From: an uncultured Acidimicrobiaceae bacterium | GTDB lineage: Bacteria > Actinomycetota > Acidimicrobiia > Acidimicrobiales > RAAP-2 | Length of the DNA stretch: 64,000 nt | Reading direction: 5' to 3' | Assembly (NCBI GenBank): GCA_937894805.1 | Contig: CALAYR010000136.1 | Coordinates: forward strand, 2,084 to 66,083 | Shown: one piece after another, positions 20,386 to 29,397 of the stretch | Numbering within the stretch: position 1 is the stretch's first letter | Layout of the letters: the number at the start of each line of letters is the position of its first letter | Translations under genes and position numbers: made by a program | Notes under the pieces: model-generated | The model's database searches: none | What the model saw: only the letters and a program-made list of their open reading frames with translations | What the model was told of the DNA's origin: nothing

Positions 20386-21555
20386 ATGACCACAGGACTG
20401 ACATTCCCACAAGGATTTCTCTGGGGAACCGCGACGGCGGCACACCAGATTGAAGGCAACAACACCAACTCGGACTGGTGGCGTTTTGAACACGAAGCGG
20501 GTCGAGTACTAGAGCCCAGCGGCGATGCCTGCGACTCATTTCACCTCTACGAGCAGGACCTCGACATTGTGGCCTCGCTCGGTCTCAATAGCTACCGATT
20601 TTCCATTGAGTGGGCCCGGATCGAACCGGCTGAAGGCGAATTCTCGGTAGCTTCGCTGAACCACTATCGCCGTGTCCTCGAAGCCTGCATTGCACGTGGT
20701 CTTGTACCGGTGGTGACTCTGCACCACTTCACTCTGCCGCAGTGGGTTGCCGACGCCGGTGGTTTTGAGTCACCAAAAATTGTTCAGTGGTTGGGTCGTT
20801 ACGCCCAACGGGTGGGCCAAGCACTGGGTGACCTCATTGGCGTGGGCTGCACGATTAATGAGCCGAACATCGTTTCGGTAATGGGCTATCGCTACGGCGT
20901 GTTCCCGCCGGCGGTATCCGACCCCGTTCGCTACGTCGCCGTTCACGAGGCGATGCGCGCATCGCACAACGCCATGGTTGACGGGTTGAAGGCGGGTCCC
21001 GGCAACTATCCAGTGGGGCTCACACTCTCTATGTCCGAGTACGTAGCGCTCGAGGGGGCGGAAGATCGGATGCTCAAGATTCGACTCGAGATGGAAGACA
21101 AGTATCTCGAAGGCGTTCGCGGAAATGACTTCATTGGTGTGCAGTGCTACTCCAAGTCCATCATTGCTCCGCCGGGTGTGCCGGACAACTACGACGGCGA
21201 CGTCACTGACATGGGCTACCCGTATTGGCCCCAGTGCGTCGAGCACACGATTCGTCGCGCCGCTCAAGTCACGGGCATCCCAGTCATCATGACCGAAAAT
21301 GGCATTGCGACGACGGACGACACTCGTCGTATTGCCTACCTCGACGAGGCACTGCGCGGTCTACACAACTGTCTGCGTGACGGTATTGACGTTCGTGGCT
21401 ACTACCAGTGGAGTCTCCTCGACAACTTTGAGTGGGTCTTGGGTTACTCCATGCGATTCGGCATTGTTGATGTGGATCGGGAAACGTTTGTGCGAACCCC
21501 GAAGCCCTCGGCCCATTGGTTTGGCTCCATTGCAAAGAACAACGCCCTTAACTAG
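20386..21555 (+). CDS. GH1 family beta-glucosidase
   Basis: 389-aa ORF with FLWGTATAAHQIEG, acid/base TINEPN and nucleophile IMTENGIAT. Confidence 0.85.
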   Translation: MTTGLTFPQGFLWGTATAAHQIEGNNTNSDWWRFEHEAGRVLEPSGDACDSFHLYEQDLDIVASLGLNSYRFSIEWARIEPAEGEFSVASLNHYRRVLEACIARGLVPVVTLHHFTLPQWVADAGGFESPKIVQWLGRYAQRVGQALGDLIGVGCTINEPNIVSVMGYRYGVFPPAVSDPVRYVAVHEAMRASHNAMVDGLKAGPGNYPVGLTLSMSEYVALEGAEDRMLKIRLEMEDKYLEGVRGNDFIGVQCYSKSIIAPPGVPDNYDGDVTDMGYPYWPQCVEHTIRRAAQVTGIPVIMTENGIATTDDTRRIAYLDEALRGLHNCLRDGIDVRGYYQWSLLDNFEWVLGYSMRFGIVDVDRETFVRTPKPSAHWFGSIAKNNALN

Positions 21556-21575
21556 GGGTTGAGACGGCGAGTAGT

Positions 21576-22094
21576 GTGAATCCAATGCGGAAGCGGTTAG
21601 AAGACCTCATTGCGTGGTCTAAGACTCACGAAGGCAAGAAGCTCATTCGCTTTGCTTCGGTGTCGGCCATCTCAACCATCGTCTCTTTTACGACGATTTC
21701 CGTCGTTTACGGAACAAAGTTGGTTCATGGGGAAATCACGAGCACCGTGGTTGGCAACATGGTCGCCACCATCCCCTCCTATTACCTCAACCGCACCTGG
21801 ACATGGGGCAAAAAGGGTCGCTCACACTTTCGTGGTGAAATCTTGCCCTTTTGGCTGATGGCCGTCTTGGGAACAACCTTTTCAATCTTTGGTGCCACCC
21901 TGGCTCGCGACGTGGTCTCGAGCCATAACTTCCACCATCTGTTGAACACCGCCATTGTGGCCTTCGCCAACCTGATTAGTTTCGGAATTTTCTGGGTGCT
22001 GAAGCTCAAAGTCTTCAACCGAATTTTTCACGTCGACGAACTCACCGAAATCGACGAGCACCTCACAGCCGAGGAAGCGAACCCGACGAACTAG
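21576..22094 (+). CDS. GtrA-family membrane protein
   Basis: 172-aa ORF with four predicted TM helices and the N-terminal KLIRFASVSAISTIV and YYLNRTWTW(G) pattern of GtrA-like proteins. ATG at 21585 is an alternative start. Confidence 0.7.
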   Translation: MNPMRKRLEDLIAWSKTHEGKKLIRFASVSAISTIVSFTTISVVYGTKLVHGEITSTVVGNMVATIPSYYLNRTWTWGKKGRSHFRGEILPFWLMAVLGTTFSIFGATLARDVVSSHNFHHLLNTAIVAFANLISFGIFWVLKLKVFNRIFHVDELTEIDEHLTAEEANPTN

Positions 22095-22579
22095 TCGCGG
22101 AAGTTGTTGAACTGCAAGGGGACTTCAATGTCAGATTCGCGGCACAGCTGCATAACTGCCTGAAGGTCGTCCCGCTGTTTTCCGGTGACCCGAACTTGGT
22201 CACCCTGAATTGACGAGCTGACGTTCTTCAGGCCACTGTCCTTGATCAATTTGTTGATCTTCTTACCCACTTCTTGGGAAATGCCGGCCTTCAACGTGAT
22301 TTTCTGGCGGGCGGTGCCCTTGGTGGCCTCTTCGATTTTGCCCGCGTCGAGGGTCTTGAGTGAGACATTGCGCTTCACCATCTTCTCTTCGAGAAGTTGG
22401 TACAGAGCGCGGATGCGATCGTCCGTCGAGGATGTCAGCGTTAATTCCTTCTCAGTGAACTCAATGGTGGAGTCGGTGTTCTTAAAGTCAAACCGCGTCC
22501 CGGCTTCCCGGTTGGCCTGATCGACCGCATTGCGTACTTCTTGAAGGTCAACTTCCGAAACGATGTCAAAGGTAGGCAT
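22091..22579 (-). CDS. yajQ: YajQ-family nucleotide-binding protein (UPF0234)
   Basis: 162-aa ORF; MPTFDIVSEVDLQEVRNAVDQANRE is the conserved YajQ N-terminus. Confidence 0.9.
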   Translation of the reverse strand: MPTFDIVSEVDLQEVRNAVDQANREAGTRFDFKNTDSTIEFTEKELTLTSSTDDRIRALYQLLEEKMVKRNVSLKTLDAGKIEEATKGTARQKITLKAGISQEVGKKINKLIKDSGLKNVSSSIQGDQVRVTGKQRDDLQAVMQLCRESDIEVPLQFNNFRD

Positions 22580-22645
22580 GGGAAAAAGCGTAGCGAGCGA
22601 GACCCCATTTTGATGAGTTCGTACTGGGGCACTATGATTTCCGAC

Positions 22646-22729
22646 GGGTCAGTGCCCGAGCGGCCAATGGGATCTGGCTGTAAACCAGACGCGTAAGCTA
22701 CGGGGGTTCAAATCCCTCCTGGCCCACCA
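22646..22729 (+). tRNA. tRNA-Tyr (anticodon GTA), long variable arm, encoded CCA
   Basis: Hand-folded cloverleaf: acceptor gggtcag/ctggccc, anticodon stem tctgg/ccaga with loop ctGTAaa, long variable arm, T-arm ggggg-ttcaaat-ccctc, then A-CCA. Confidence 0.9.
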
Positions 22730-22730
22730 A

Positions 22731-22748
22731 TGCGGTGCTTGCACCGCA
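22731..22748 (+). terminator. hairpin directly after tRNA-Tyr
   Basis: tgcggtg-cttg-caccgca (7 bp). A second stem, cccccggt...accggggg, followed by tttc lies at 22758-22798. Confidence 0.35.
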
Positions 22749-22818
22749 GGAGTGACGCCCCCGGTGCGATGTCTTACGATTTCGTAACCGGGGGTTTCTA
22801 CTGCCCAGAGGAGTGAGT

Positions 22819-24498
22819 ATGGCTGCGAAAGGTCGAATGCGTCGCATCATCCGCGCGGCGGGCTCGTGGCCGACAGCCCTGGAGCGATTCATCGTCATTC
22901 TGGAGCACCGCTACACCCCCATTGCGCGGTTTCGGCCCGGAGCCTTCGAGGGTTGGGGCTTCCTGTGGCAACCGGCCCTCCTCGGATTTCTCGCCCTCTC
23001 TCTGATCTTCGCTGGTAGCTGTTTTGTGGAGAGTCCCTTCAAGTTGGAACTCCCAAAGACGTGGTTCTTTGGCGTTCCCGCCTCGTTGGCCGCAACGAAC
23101 TTGCCGACAAACGAAACCAAGCTGATGATTTCAATCGTCTTGACGTACGGCGGACTCGTGCTCCTTCTTCGCGTTTGGATGCGCTTGGCCGAAGTAGTCA
23201 AGCTGCACGCCGGGGCACCGGACCGAGCCCTCTACGGCATCGTCGCGCTGTGGAGCATTCCGATGCTGGTGGCCCCACCACTGTTCTCACGCGATGTCTA
23301 CAGTTACGCCGCCCAGGACGAAATGACGGCACACGGCATTTCCCCTTACATAATGGGGCCATTCTCACTCGGCTCCTCGCCGTTCGTCGATCCGGTGGAC
23401 CCGCTGTGGGGCAACACCCCCGCACCGTACGGGCCACTCTTTTTGTATCTCGACGGACTCATTGTGCGCTCAACGCACCACCACCAATTGATGTCCACGG
23501 TTGGTTTGCGATTCTTGGAACTCGCCGCTGTCGCCCTCTTGGCCTACGCCCTGCCGCGACTCGCGCGAGCTCTGGGACGTGACGGTGGTGAGGCCATCGT
23601 TTTGGGAGCCCTCAATCCTCTGGTGATATTGACGCTGATCGGGGGAGCGCACAACGACGCCCTGATGGTTGCGTTGCTCGTCGCCGGACTGATGTTTGCC
23701 ACGCGACGGCGCCTCTGGCTGGCACTCTTGTTCTGTTCGCTTGCCGCGGCCATCAAGGCCCCGGCTGCACTCGGTCTGGTCTATGTGGCCTGGACGTGGC
23801 TGGCTCCGGGGAGTAACGAACGCATCACTCGCATTCGTGAGTTCCCGGTCGTACTACTTCGGATGATCCGCACCCGGCTCCGCCCACTGGTGGCCGGCGC
23901 CGTCGTGTCGACCGTAACGTTGCTCATCTGTACCCACCTGGCCGGTTTTGGCTTTGGGTGGGTCAAGAATCTGGCCACGCCCGGCACCGTGCGCAGCTGG
24001 GCCGCCCCCGCCACGGCTCTTGGTATGGCCATCACCGGGCTCTGCCACTCCGTGGGATTTGACGTCTCGATGGCCCCGATTTTGTCGGTCACCCGCCTCC
24101 TCGGCCTCCTGACGGCCGTGGGAATGTCGATCTACCTGCTCTGGCGGGCCCAATCTCGCGGCTGGGTGCGGTCACTCGGGATGTCGCTACTGCTCTTTGT
24201 GGTGCTCGGCCCGGTAGTGCAGCCCTGGTATTTGGTGTGGGGACTCATAGTTCTGGCCGCCTCCTATCAGGGTCGGGAGCACTTCTGGCTCCTAGCCCTC
24301 TCCATAACCAGTCCCTTCCTGGGTCTGCCCGGCGCCAGAGATCTGTTGGCCAGTTTGGTGCACGCCCCACTGCTCTTGATGGCACTGGCACTAATTATCC
24401 TGATGGGAGCGCTATTAGTACCGTTGGGTCGGTGGACTCAGTGGTCGTGGCCCGAAGTTGATGATCGCCTAGAACGACTCGGCCTCTCAGCGGAATAA
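22819..24498 (+). CDS. GT-C fold polyprenol-phosphate-sugar-dependent glycosyltransferase (MptA/MptB-like mannosyltransferase)
   Basis: About 560-aa polytopic membrane ORF. The first-loop motif FSRDVYSYAAQDEMTAHGISPYIMGP matches the actinobacterial alpha-mannosyltransferase family as I recall it. ATG at 22819 has an agaggag SD; the track starts at 22813. Confidence 0.6.
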   Translation: MAAKGRMRRIIRAAGSWPTALERFIVILEHRYTPIARFRPGAFEGWGFLWQPALLGFLALSLIFAGSCFVESPFKLELPKTWFFGVPASLAATNLPTNETKLMISIVLTYGGLVLLLRVWMRLAEVVKLHAGAPDRALYGIVALWSIPMLVAPPLFSRDVYSYAAQDEMTAHGISPYIMGPFSLGSSPFVDPVDPLWGNTPAPYGPLFLYLDGLIVRSTHHHQLMSTVGLRFLELAAVALLAYALPRLARALGRDGGEAIVLGALNPLVILTLIGGAHNDALMVALLVAGLMFATRRRLWLALLFCSLAAAIKAPAALGLVYVAWTWLAPGSNERITRIREFPVVLLRMIRTRLRPLVAGAVVSTVTLLICTHLAGFGFGWVKNLATPGTVRSWAAPATALGMAITGLCHSVGFDVSMAPILSVTRLLGLLTAVGMSIYLLWRAQSRGWVRSLGMSLLLFVVLGPVVQPWYLVWGLIVLAASYQGREHFWLLALSITSPFLGLPGARDLLASLVHAPLLLMALALIILMGALLVPLGRWTQWSWPEVDDRLERLGLSAE

Positions 24499-24504
24499 CG
24501 ACAG

Positions 24505-24530
24505 CTTTACCCAGTTTTATCAGGGTAAAG
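24505..24530. terminator. bidirectional hairpin between convergent GT-C gene and GNAT gene
   Basis: ctttaccc-(agttttatca)-gggtaaag, an 8-bp AT-rich stem with a T-rich loop, in the 59-nt convergent gap. Confidence 0.45.
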
Positions 24531-24557
24531 AGGAAATTCCAGTGTGAAAATTGTGCC

Positions 24558-25112
24558 TTAGTGCTGGTCGGGGATGACGAATTGATATTCGACGACGTCT
24601 AGCCACTTACCGTGCTTGCGGCCGACCTCAATTTCCTTCCCCACCAGGCGAAACCCAACTTTTTCGTGGAGTCGGATCGAGCCCTCGTTTTCGCCGACAA
24701 TTCGGGCAATAATGGCATGAAAGCCCAGGTCAGAGGCCATTTCAACCATTTCGCGGAGTAGGACCTCCCCGACGCCTCGTCCGCGGGCCCCGCGGTGGGC
24801 GTAGACGGAGCTTTCCACCGTGGTGGCGTAGGCCGCCCGGGCCCGAAAGGGCGTAACGACCGCAAATCCAAGAATTCGCTCGCCCCGAGCGCCAATTTCG
24901 CCCAGGTCGTCCTCGTCGTTGACGGCCACGATGCAAGGGTGGGTGCCGAGGTGTTCATCGATCCACTCCTCCTGCTCCTCGAGGGTCCGGGGCATGATGT
25001 CGAAGGTGACGGTGGTCTCGATGACCTCGGGGTTGTAGATCGCGGCAATGGCCGAAGCATCGGCGCGTTCAACGGGTCTGGTGTGCACGTCTGCCACGCT
25101 AGTGGCGCTCAA
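24558..25112 (-). CDS. GNAT family N-acetyltransferase (phosphinothricin/MnaT-like)
   Basis: 184-aa ORF with the acetyl-CoA binding block HRGARGRGVGEVLL and IVGENEGSIRLHEKVGF. Confidence 0.8.
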   Translation of the reverse strand: MSATSVADVHTRPVERADASAIAAIYNPEVIETTVTFDIMPRTLEEQEEWIDEHLGTHPCIVAVNDEDDLGEIGARGERILGFAVVTPFRARAAYATTVESSVYAHRGARGRGVGEVLLREMVEMASDLGFHAIIARIVGENEGSIRLHEKVGFRLVGKEIEVGRKHGKWLDVVEYQFVIPDQH

Positions 25113-25167
25113 TTGGAAGAATGGGCTTTCGCACGGTAGGATTGCCGTTCGTGCCGGAAACGGTTCG

Positions 25168-25240
<73 letters not shown>

Positions 25241-25245
25241 CGCGC

Positions 25246-25319
25246 GGCGGCGTAGCTCAGGTGGTCAGAGCACACGGCTCATAATCGTGTTGTCGAGGGT
25301 TCGAGTCCCTCCGCCGCTA
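25246..25319 (+). tRNA. tRNA-Met (anticodon CAT), elongator-like
   Basis: Acceptor ggcggcg/cgccgct, anticodon arm cacgg-ctCATaa-tcgtg, T-arm gaggg-ttcgagt-ccctc. A lysidine-modified tRNA-Ile2 cannot be excluded from sequence alone. Confidence 0.8.
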
Positions 25320-25384
25320 CTAGGCGGGGCTCTTGGGCCTCGGGCGAGTGCAGTTGCAGTACATACAGAAAGACGGCGGTAAAT

Positions 25385-25549
25385 ATGGCACGGAATGAAA
25401 AGCGCATCCAGGTGACCCTCGCGTGCGAGGAGTGCAAGCGGCGTAACTACATCACGATGAAGAACAAGGTCAACGACCGTGAGCGCATCGAGATGAAGAA
25501 GTACTGCCGGTTCGATCGCAAGCACACGAACCACAAGGAAACTCGCTAG
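25385..25549 (+). CDS. rpmG: 50S ribosomal protein L33
   Basis: 54-aa ORF below the track cutoff: [54 protein letters not shown]. It sits between tRNA-Met and tRNA-Trp, as in actinobacteria. Confidence 0.9.
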   Translation: MARNEKRIQVTLACEECKRRNYITMKNKVNDRERIEMKKYCRFDRKHTNHKETR

Positions 25550-25615
25550 AAGCCACCCCCTCGCGGAGTGGTAGGCTAGTACCCCACGAACTCATCACCT
25601 CGGTGAAGAGATCAA

Positions 25616-25688
25616 AGGGCAGTGGCTCAATTGGTAGAGCACCGGTCTCCAAAACCGGTGGTTGGGGGTTCGAGTCCCTCCTGCCCTG
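25616..25688 (+). tRNA. tRNA-Trp (anticodon CCA)
   Basis: Acceptor agggcag/ctgccct, anticodon arm ccggt-ctCCAaa-accgg, T-arm ggggg-ttcgagt-ccctc. Confidence 0.9.
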
Positions 25689-25709
25689 CGTAGAAGTGAA
25701 AGAACAAGG

Positions 25710-26006
25710 ATGAACCGCGAACAGAAGCGAATGATGCAGCGACAAGGAGTCGGCGCCGACGGCGCCGTTGCTCCTCGTCGTGCCGTCTCCCCGCAAGACG
25801 TTCAGCGTCGCCGTCGCGAACGAGTCGGTGTTCGTCAGTACTTTCGCGAAGTACGCGATGAGATGCGCCAAGTTGCTTGGCCTTCCCGTCCCGAAGTTGT
25901 TAACTACACGACCATCGTCGTGTGTGTTCTCGTCTTCATGTCGTTGTTGATTTTTGGACTGGGCTTTGGATTTTCAAAGTTCGTTACCTTCCTGTTTCAG
26001 AAGTAG
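25710..26006 (+). CDS. secE: preprotein translocase subunit SecE
   Basis: First ATG after tRNA-Trp; the track ORF start at 25662 would overlap the tRNA. Basic N-terminal extension, then the conserved FREVRDEMRQVAWPSRPEV and a single TM helix. nusG follows. Confidence 0.85.
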   Translation: MNREQKRMMQRQGVGADGAVAPRRAVSPQDVQRRRRERVGVRQYFREVRDEMRQVAWPSRPEVVNYTTIVVCVLVFMSLLIFGLGFGFSKFVTFLFQK

Positions 26007-26012
26007 GGCCTG

Positions 26013-26666
26013 ATGAGTGACATTGAATTCGAACAGATTGACGACGAGCTTGTCGAAGATGTTGAGATCGACGAGGTAGAGATTCTCGAAGAGGAGCCGG
26101 CTGCCGAGTCTGCTTTCGATCGTCCCGGTCGTTGGTACGTCGTGCGTACCTTCTCGGGTCACGAGAAGAAGGTTCGCGAAGCGCTCGAAGTTGTCATTAA
26201 GAACCAGGGCCTGCAGGACGACATCTACGAAATCGTTATTCCCGAAGAGGACGTGACTGAAATTCGTCGTGACAAGCGCGTCACCACGAAGAAGCGAATC
26301 TTCCCCGGGTACATGATGGTGCGCTGCCGTCCCACTGCGGACAACTTCCAAACGATTACCAGCATCCCCTCGGCCATTGGTTTCGTGGGTCCCCAGAAGG
26401 ACAACCCGATTCCCTTGACGCGCAAGGAGATCGACGGCATTATTCGTCCCACCATCGAAGGTGTTGAACAGCCCGTTAAGCGCAAGACGCCGAAGCACGA
26501 TTTTTCGATGGGCGAAGAAGTCGAAATCAAGACCGGTCCGTTTGCGACCTTCAAGGGTCTTATTGCCGAGATCAACGAAGACCAGTTGCGTCTCAAGGTC
26601 TTGGTGGACATCTTTGGTCGCGAGACCCCAGTCGAACTTGAGTTCGGCCAAGTGACCAAGAGTTAA
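26013..26666 (+). CDS. nusG: transcription termination/antitermination factor NusG
   Basis: 217-aa ORF with an acidic N-terminal extension, the NGN domain ([14 protein letters not shown]) and a C-terminal KOW ([18 protein letters not shown]). Confidence 0.95.
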   Translation: MSDIEFEQIDDELVEDVEIDEVEILEEEPAAESAFDRPGRWYVVRTFSGHEKKVREALEVVIKNQGLQDDIYEIVIPEEDVTEIRRDKRVTTKKRIFPGYMMVRCRPTADNFQTITSIPSAIGFVGPQKDNPIPLTRKEIDGIIRPTIEGVEQPVKRKTPKHDFSMGEEVEIKTGPFATFKGLIAEINEDQLRLKVLVDIFGRETPVELEFGQVTKS

Positions 26667-26692
26667 TTCAAGGATTTGTAAGGAGAACCGCC

Positions 26693-27115
26693 ATGGCTAA
26701 GAAGACCATTGCAATTGTGAAGATTCAGCTGCCCGCAGGTGGAGCCACGCCGGCCCCACCAGTAGGTACTGCGCTCGGGCCCCACGGTATTCAGACCATG
26801 GAGTTCTGTAAGCAGTACAACGCCGCGACCGAGAGCATGAAGGGCACCGTGGTGCCTTGCGAAATCTCGATCTACGACGACCGCACGTTCACATTCGTAT
26901 TGAAGACCCCACCAACGCCAGTACTCCTGCGTGAAGCCGCTGGCCTCGCTAAGGGTGCACAGCTCGCCGGTCGTGAGACCGTCGCCACCGTTTCGTGGGA
27001 CCAGGTTGAAGAGATTGCCAAGACCAAGTTGCAAGACCTCAACACCGATGACCTCGAGATGGCCAAGTTGCAGGTAGCGGGCACCGCCCGTTCCATGGGC
27101 ATCAACGTTCGCTAG
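26693..27115 (+). CDS. rplK: 50S ribosomal protein L11
   Basis: 140 aa; [24 protein letters not shown]. Confidence 0.97.
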   Translation: MAKKTIAIVKIQLPAGGATPAPPVGTALGPHGIQTMEFCKQYNAATESMKGTVVPCEISIYDDRTFTFVLKTPPTPVLLREAAGLAKGAQLAGRETVATVSWDQVEEIAKTKLQDLNTDDLEMAKLQVAGTARSMGINVR

Positions 27116-27126
27116 GAGATAGACAG

Positions 27127-27843
27127 ATGAAGCACGGTAAGAAGTACAACAACGCCCTCGCGCAAATTGACCGCGAAGCACTACTCACCCTTTCCGAGGC
27201 CGTGGCCAAGGTGAAGGTGACGGCTACTGCCAAGTTCGACGAGACCATCGAGATCGCCTGCCGCCTCGGTGTCGACCCTCGTAAGGCCGACCAGATCGTT
27301 CGTGGCACCTTGTCGTTGCCCGCCGGTACTGGTAAGACCAACCGCGTGGCCGTGTTCGCCGCCGGTGAAGCGGCCCAGGCTGCGCGTGATGCCGGAGCCG
27401 ACGTTGTCGGAGCCGAGGATCTCGTCGCTCAGGTCTCCGGTGGATTCCTGGAGTTCGACATCGCTATCGCTACGCCAGACCTCATGGGTCAGGTCGGTGG
27501 TTTGGGCCGCGTGCTCGGACCCCGTGGTTTGATGCCGAACCCTAAGACCGGCACGGTCACCATGGACGTCGCTAAGGCCGTTACCGAATTCAAGGGTGGT
27601 CGTGTGGAATACAAGACCGACCGCTTCGGCAACATCCACCTCCGCGTGGGCAAGGCTTCCTTCAGCGAAGCCGACCTCGTGAAGAACATCAGCGCTGTCG
27701 TAGACGAACTGCTCCGCGCCAAGCCTGCGAGCTCGAAGGGTCGCTACCTCATGGGCGTGACCATCAGCTCGACCATGGGCCCTGGCATCAAGATCGACCC
27801 GCTCCGCGCCCGCGAAGCTGACGAAGTCTTGGTTTCGGCCTAG
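27127..27843 (+). CDS. rplA: 50S ribosomal protein L1
   Basis: 238 aa; [24 protein letters not shown] and [15 protein letters not shown]. Confidence 0.97.
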   Translation: MKHGKKYNNALAQIDREALLTLSEAVAKVKVTATAKFDETIEIACRLGVDPRKADQIVRGTLSLPAGTGKTNRVAVFAAGEAAQAARDAGADVVGAEDLVAQVSGGFLEFDIAIATPDLMGQVGGLGRVLGPRGLMPNPKTGTVTMDVAKAVTEFKGGRVEYKTDRFGNIHLRVGKASFSEADLVKNISAVVDELLRAKPASSKGRYLMGVTISSTMGPGIKIDPLRAREADEVLVSA

Positions 27844-28059
27844 TCCGTTTTGACGGCACGCCTGGCGTGCCACTACCATGAAGACCCTGCGAGGAAACTC
27901 GCACACAGTTTTAGAAGAACGCCAAAGACATCCGGAGTGGGAAACCACGTAAAGGAATCGGTAACGATTCGCCCGACGAGGCAGTTCGAGAAGGCCCCAG
28001 GCCGGCTCGCACTGGATGTCCAAGGCCCGCCCCGGGCGGCATCCGGTGAAGGAGCGAGT
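27844..28059 (+). promoter_or_regulatory. probable rplJ-rplL 5' leader (uL10/L12 autoregulatory region)
   Basis: 216-nt non-coding gap before rplJ in an otherwise tightly packed array. It begins with the hairpin ggcacgc-ctg-gcgtgcc (27854-27870) just after the rplA stop and ends with a gaaggag SD. The assignment rests on position only. Confidence 0.35.
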
Positions 28060-28764
28060 ATGAACGAAGTAATGACCCAAAAGGTCGCAGTTATCGACGA
28101 ACTGAAGGCCAAGGTCGACAGCACCAATACGGCCGTTGTCACCGAGTACCGCGGTATGACCGTGGCTCAAATCTCCGAACTCCGCCGCACACTTCGTGGC
28201 CACGGCGCCGATTTCAAGGTTTTCAAGAACACTCTCGTCCGCCGCGCGATCGCTGGCACCCCCGTGGAGCCCATGACCGAGTTCCTCGAAGGCCCTACGG
28301 CCATTGCCTTTGTTGACGGTGACGTTTCGGCCGTCGCCAAGACGCTCCGTGACTTCTCTAAGTCCACCCCCACCCTCGTGGTGAAGGGCGGCGTCCTCGA
28401 TGGTCGCGTTCTGACCCTAAAAGACCTGATCGCACTGGCTGACCTGCCGAGCCGCGACGTGCTTTTGGCCCAGCTGGCTGGCCTCATTGCTTCGCCAATG
28501 CGCACCATGGCCGGCCTCATGAAGGCCGTCCCACAATCTCTCGCCTATGGCCTGTCGGCTTTGATCGACTCCAAGGGCGGCGCACCAGTAGGTGCGACCA
28601 AGACCGAAGAGGCCGAGGCACCCGCCCCGGCCGAAGCGGAAGCCGAGGCCCCCGCGGCCGAAGCGACCACCGAGGAAGCGCCAGAAGTGGCTGCCGACGA
28701 AGTGACTGCCGAAGCCGAGGCACCGGCCCCCGAGGCCAGTGAAGAAGCCCCCGCGGCCGAATAA
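28060..28764 (+). CDS. rplJ: 50S ribosomal protein L10 with about 60-aa Ala/Glu/Pro-rich C-terminal tail
   Basis: ATG at 28060 behind a gaaggag SD; the track ORF starts at 27850 but includes the leader. MNEVMTQKVAVIDELKAKV...EYRGMTVAQISELRR is the canonical uL10 core and ends near ALIDSKG. The rest is an EAEAPAPAEAEAEAPAAE-type tail. Confidence 0.9.
   Translation: MNEVMTQKVAVIDELKAKVDSTNTAVVTEYRGMTVAQISELRRTLRGHGADFKVFKNTLVRRAIAGTPVEPMTEFLEGPTAIAFVDGDVSAVAKTLRDFSKSTPTLVVKGGVLDGRVLTLKDLIALADLPSRDVLLAQLAGLIASPMRTMAGLMKAVPQSLAYGLSALIDSKGGAPVGATKTEEAEAPAPAEAEAEAPAAEATTEEAPEVAADEVTAEAEAPAPEASEEAPAAE
28606..28761 (+). repeat. imperfect in-frame short repeats (gaagccgaggcNcc-type) encoding the acidic uL10 tail
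   Basis: The units gaggccgaggcacccgccccggccgaagcg, gaagccgaggcccccgcggccgaagcg and gaagccgaggcaccggcccccgaggcc are visible by eye. Confidence 0.5.
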
Positions 28765-28797
28765 CGCAGTATTAAACCGAAAGAAAGTAAGGAAATC

Positions 28798-29190
28798 ATG
28801 GCTGGAACCCTGACCAAGGAACAAATCCTCGACGGAATCGCCGAATTGACAGTGATTGAGCTCAGCGAGCTCCTCACTGCGTTCGAAGAGAAGTTCGGCG
28901 TAACTGCAGCTGCCCCCGCGGCCGTTGCTGTTGCCGCACCTGCAGCTGGTGGCGGCGACGCCGGCGCTGCTGACGAGAAGAGCGACTTTGACGTTGTAAT
29001 CACCAACGCTGGTGACAAGAAGATCCAGGTGATCAAGGAAGTCCGCACCCTCACCAACCTCGGCTTGAAGGAAGCCAAGGACCTGGTTGACGCGGCTCCC
29101 AAGACCGTCCTCGAGAAGGTCTCCAAGGCCGACGCTGACAAGGCCAAGGCGGCCCTGGAAGCAGCTGGCGCCACCGTCGAACTTAAGTAG
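28798..29190 (+). CDS. rplL: 50S ribosomal protein L7/L12
   Basis: 130 aa with an N-terminal dimerisation helix, an Ala-rich hinge and the C-terminal domain [24 protein letters not shown]. Confidence 0.97.
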   Translation: MAGTLTKEQILDGIAELTVIELSELLTAFEEKFGVTAAAPAAVAVAAPAAGGGDAGAADEKSDFDVVITNAGDKKIQVIKEVRTLTNLGLKEAKDLVDAAPKTVLEKVSKADADKAKAALEAAGATVELK

Positions 29191-29205
29191 TTCACTGGTA
29201 CGAGA

Positions 29206-29235
29206 GCCCGCTCGGGGGGAGACCCCCGGGCGGGC
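29206..29235 (+). terminator. GC-rich hairpin after rplL (attenuator/terminator before rpoB)
   Basis: gcccgctcggggg-gaga-cccccgggcgggc, a 13-bp stem with one G-U pair and no U-tract (I-shaped, as is common in high-GC actinobacteria). Confidence 0.55.
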
Positions 29236-29397
29236 ACTTGCGTCCCTACCGACTGCGCACTTGCGCTCAGTCGTCGGTGGGCAGTAGCATTAACTCTCCG
29301 TGTTTGCGAAAGCGTTTGGTCATGTCACGACCACTCCTCCGCAGACACTTGCTTTGCCATTGCTGTACCCCTGTGACCTCGACACGAAGGATTATCT

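Noticed and set aside
22646-24498. tRNA-Tyr as an integration hotspot for a genomic island
   Set aside because: I saw no integrase, no direct repeat of the tRNA 3' end and no compositional break downstream. The next gene is an ordinary GT-C envelope enzyme.
25710-25760. Track ORF start at 25662 for secE
   Set aside because: A start at 25662 would overlap tRNA-Trp (25616-25688). The first ATG after the tRNA (25710) was used instead.
28606-28761. Short tandem-like repeats that could be mistaken for a repeat array
   Set aside because: The repeats are in frame inside rplJ and encode the Ala/Glu/Pro tail. There is no spacer/repeat architecture, so this is not a CRISPR or a non-coding array.
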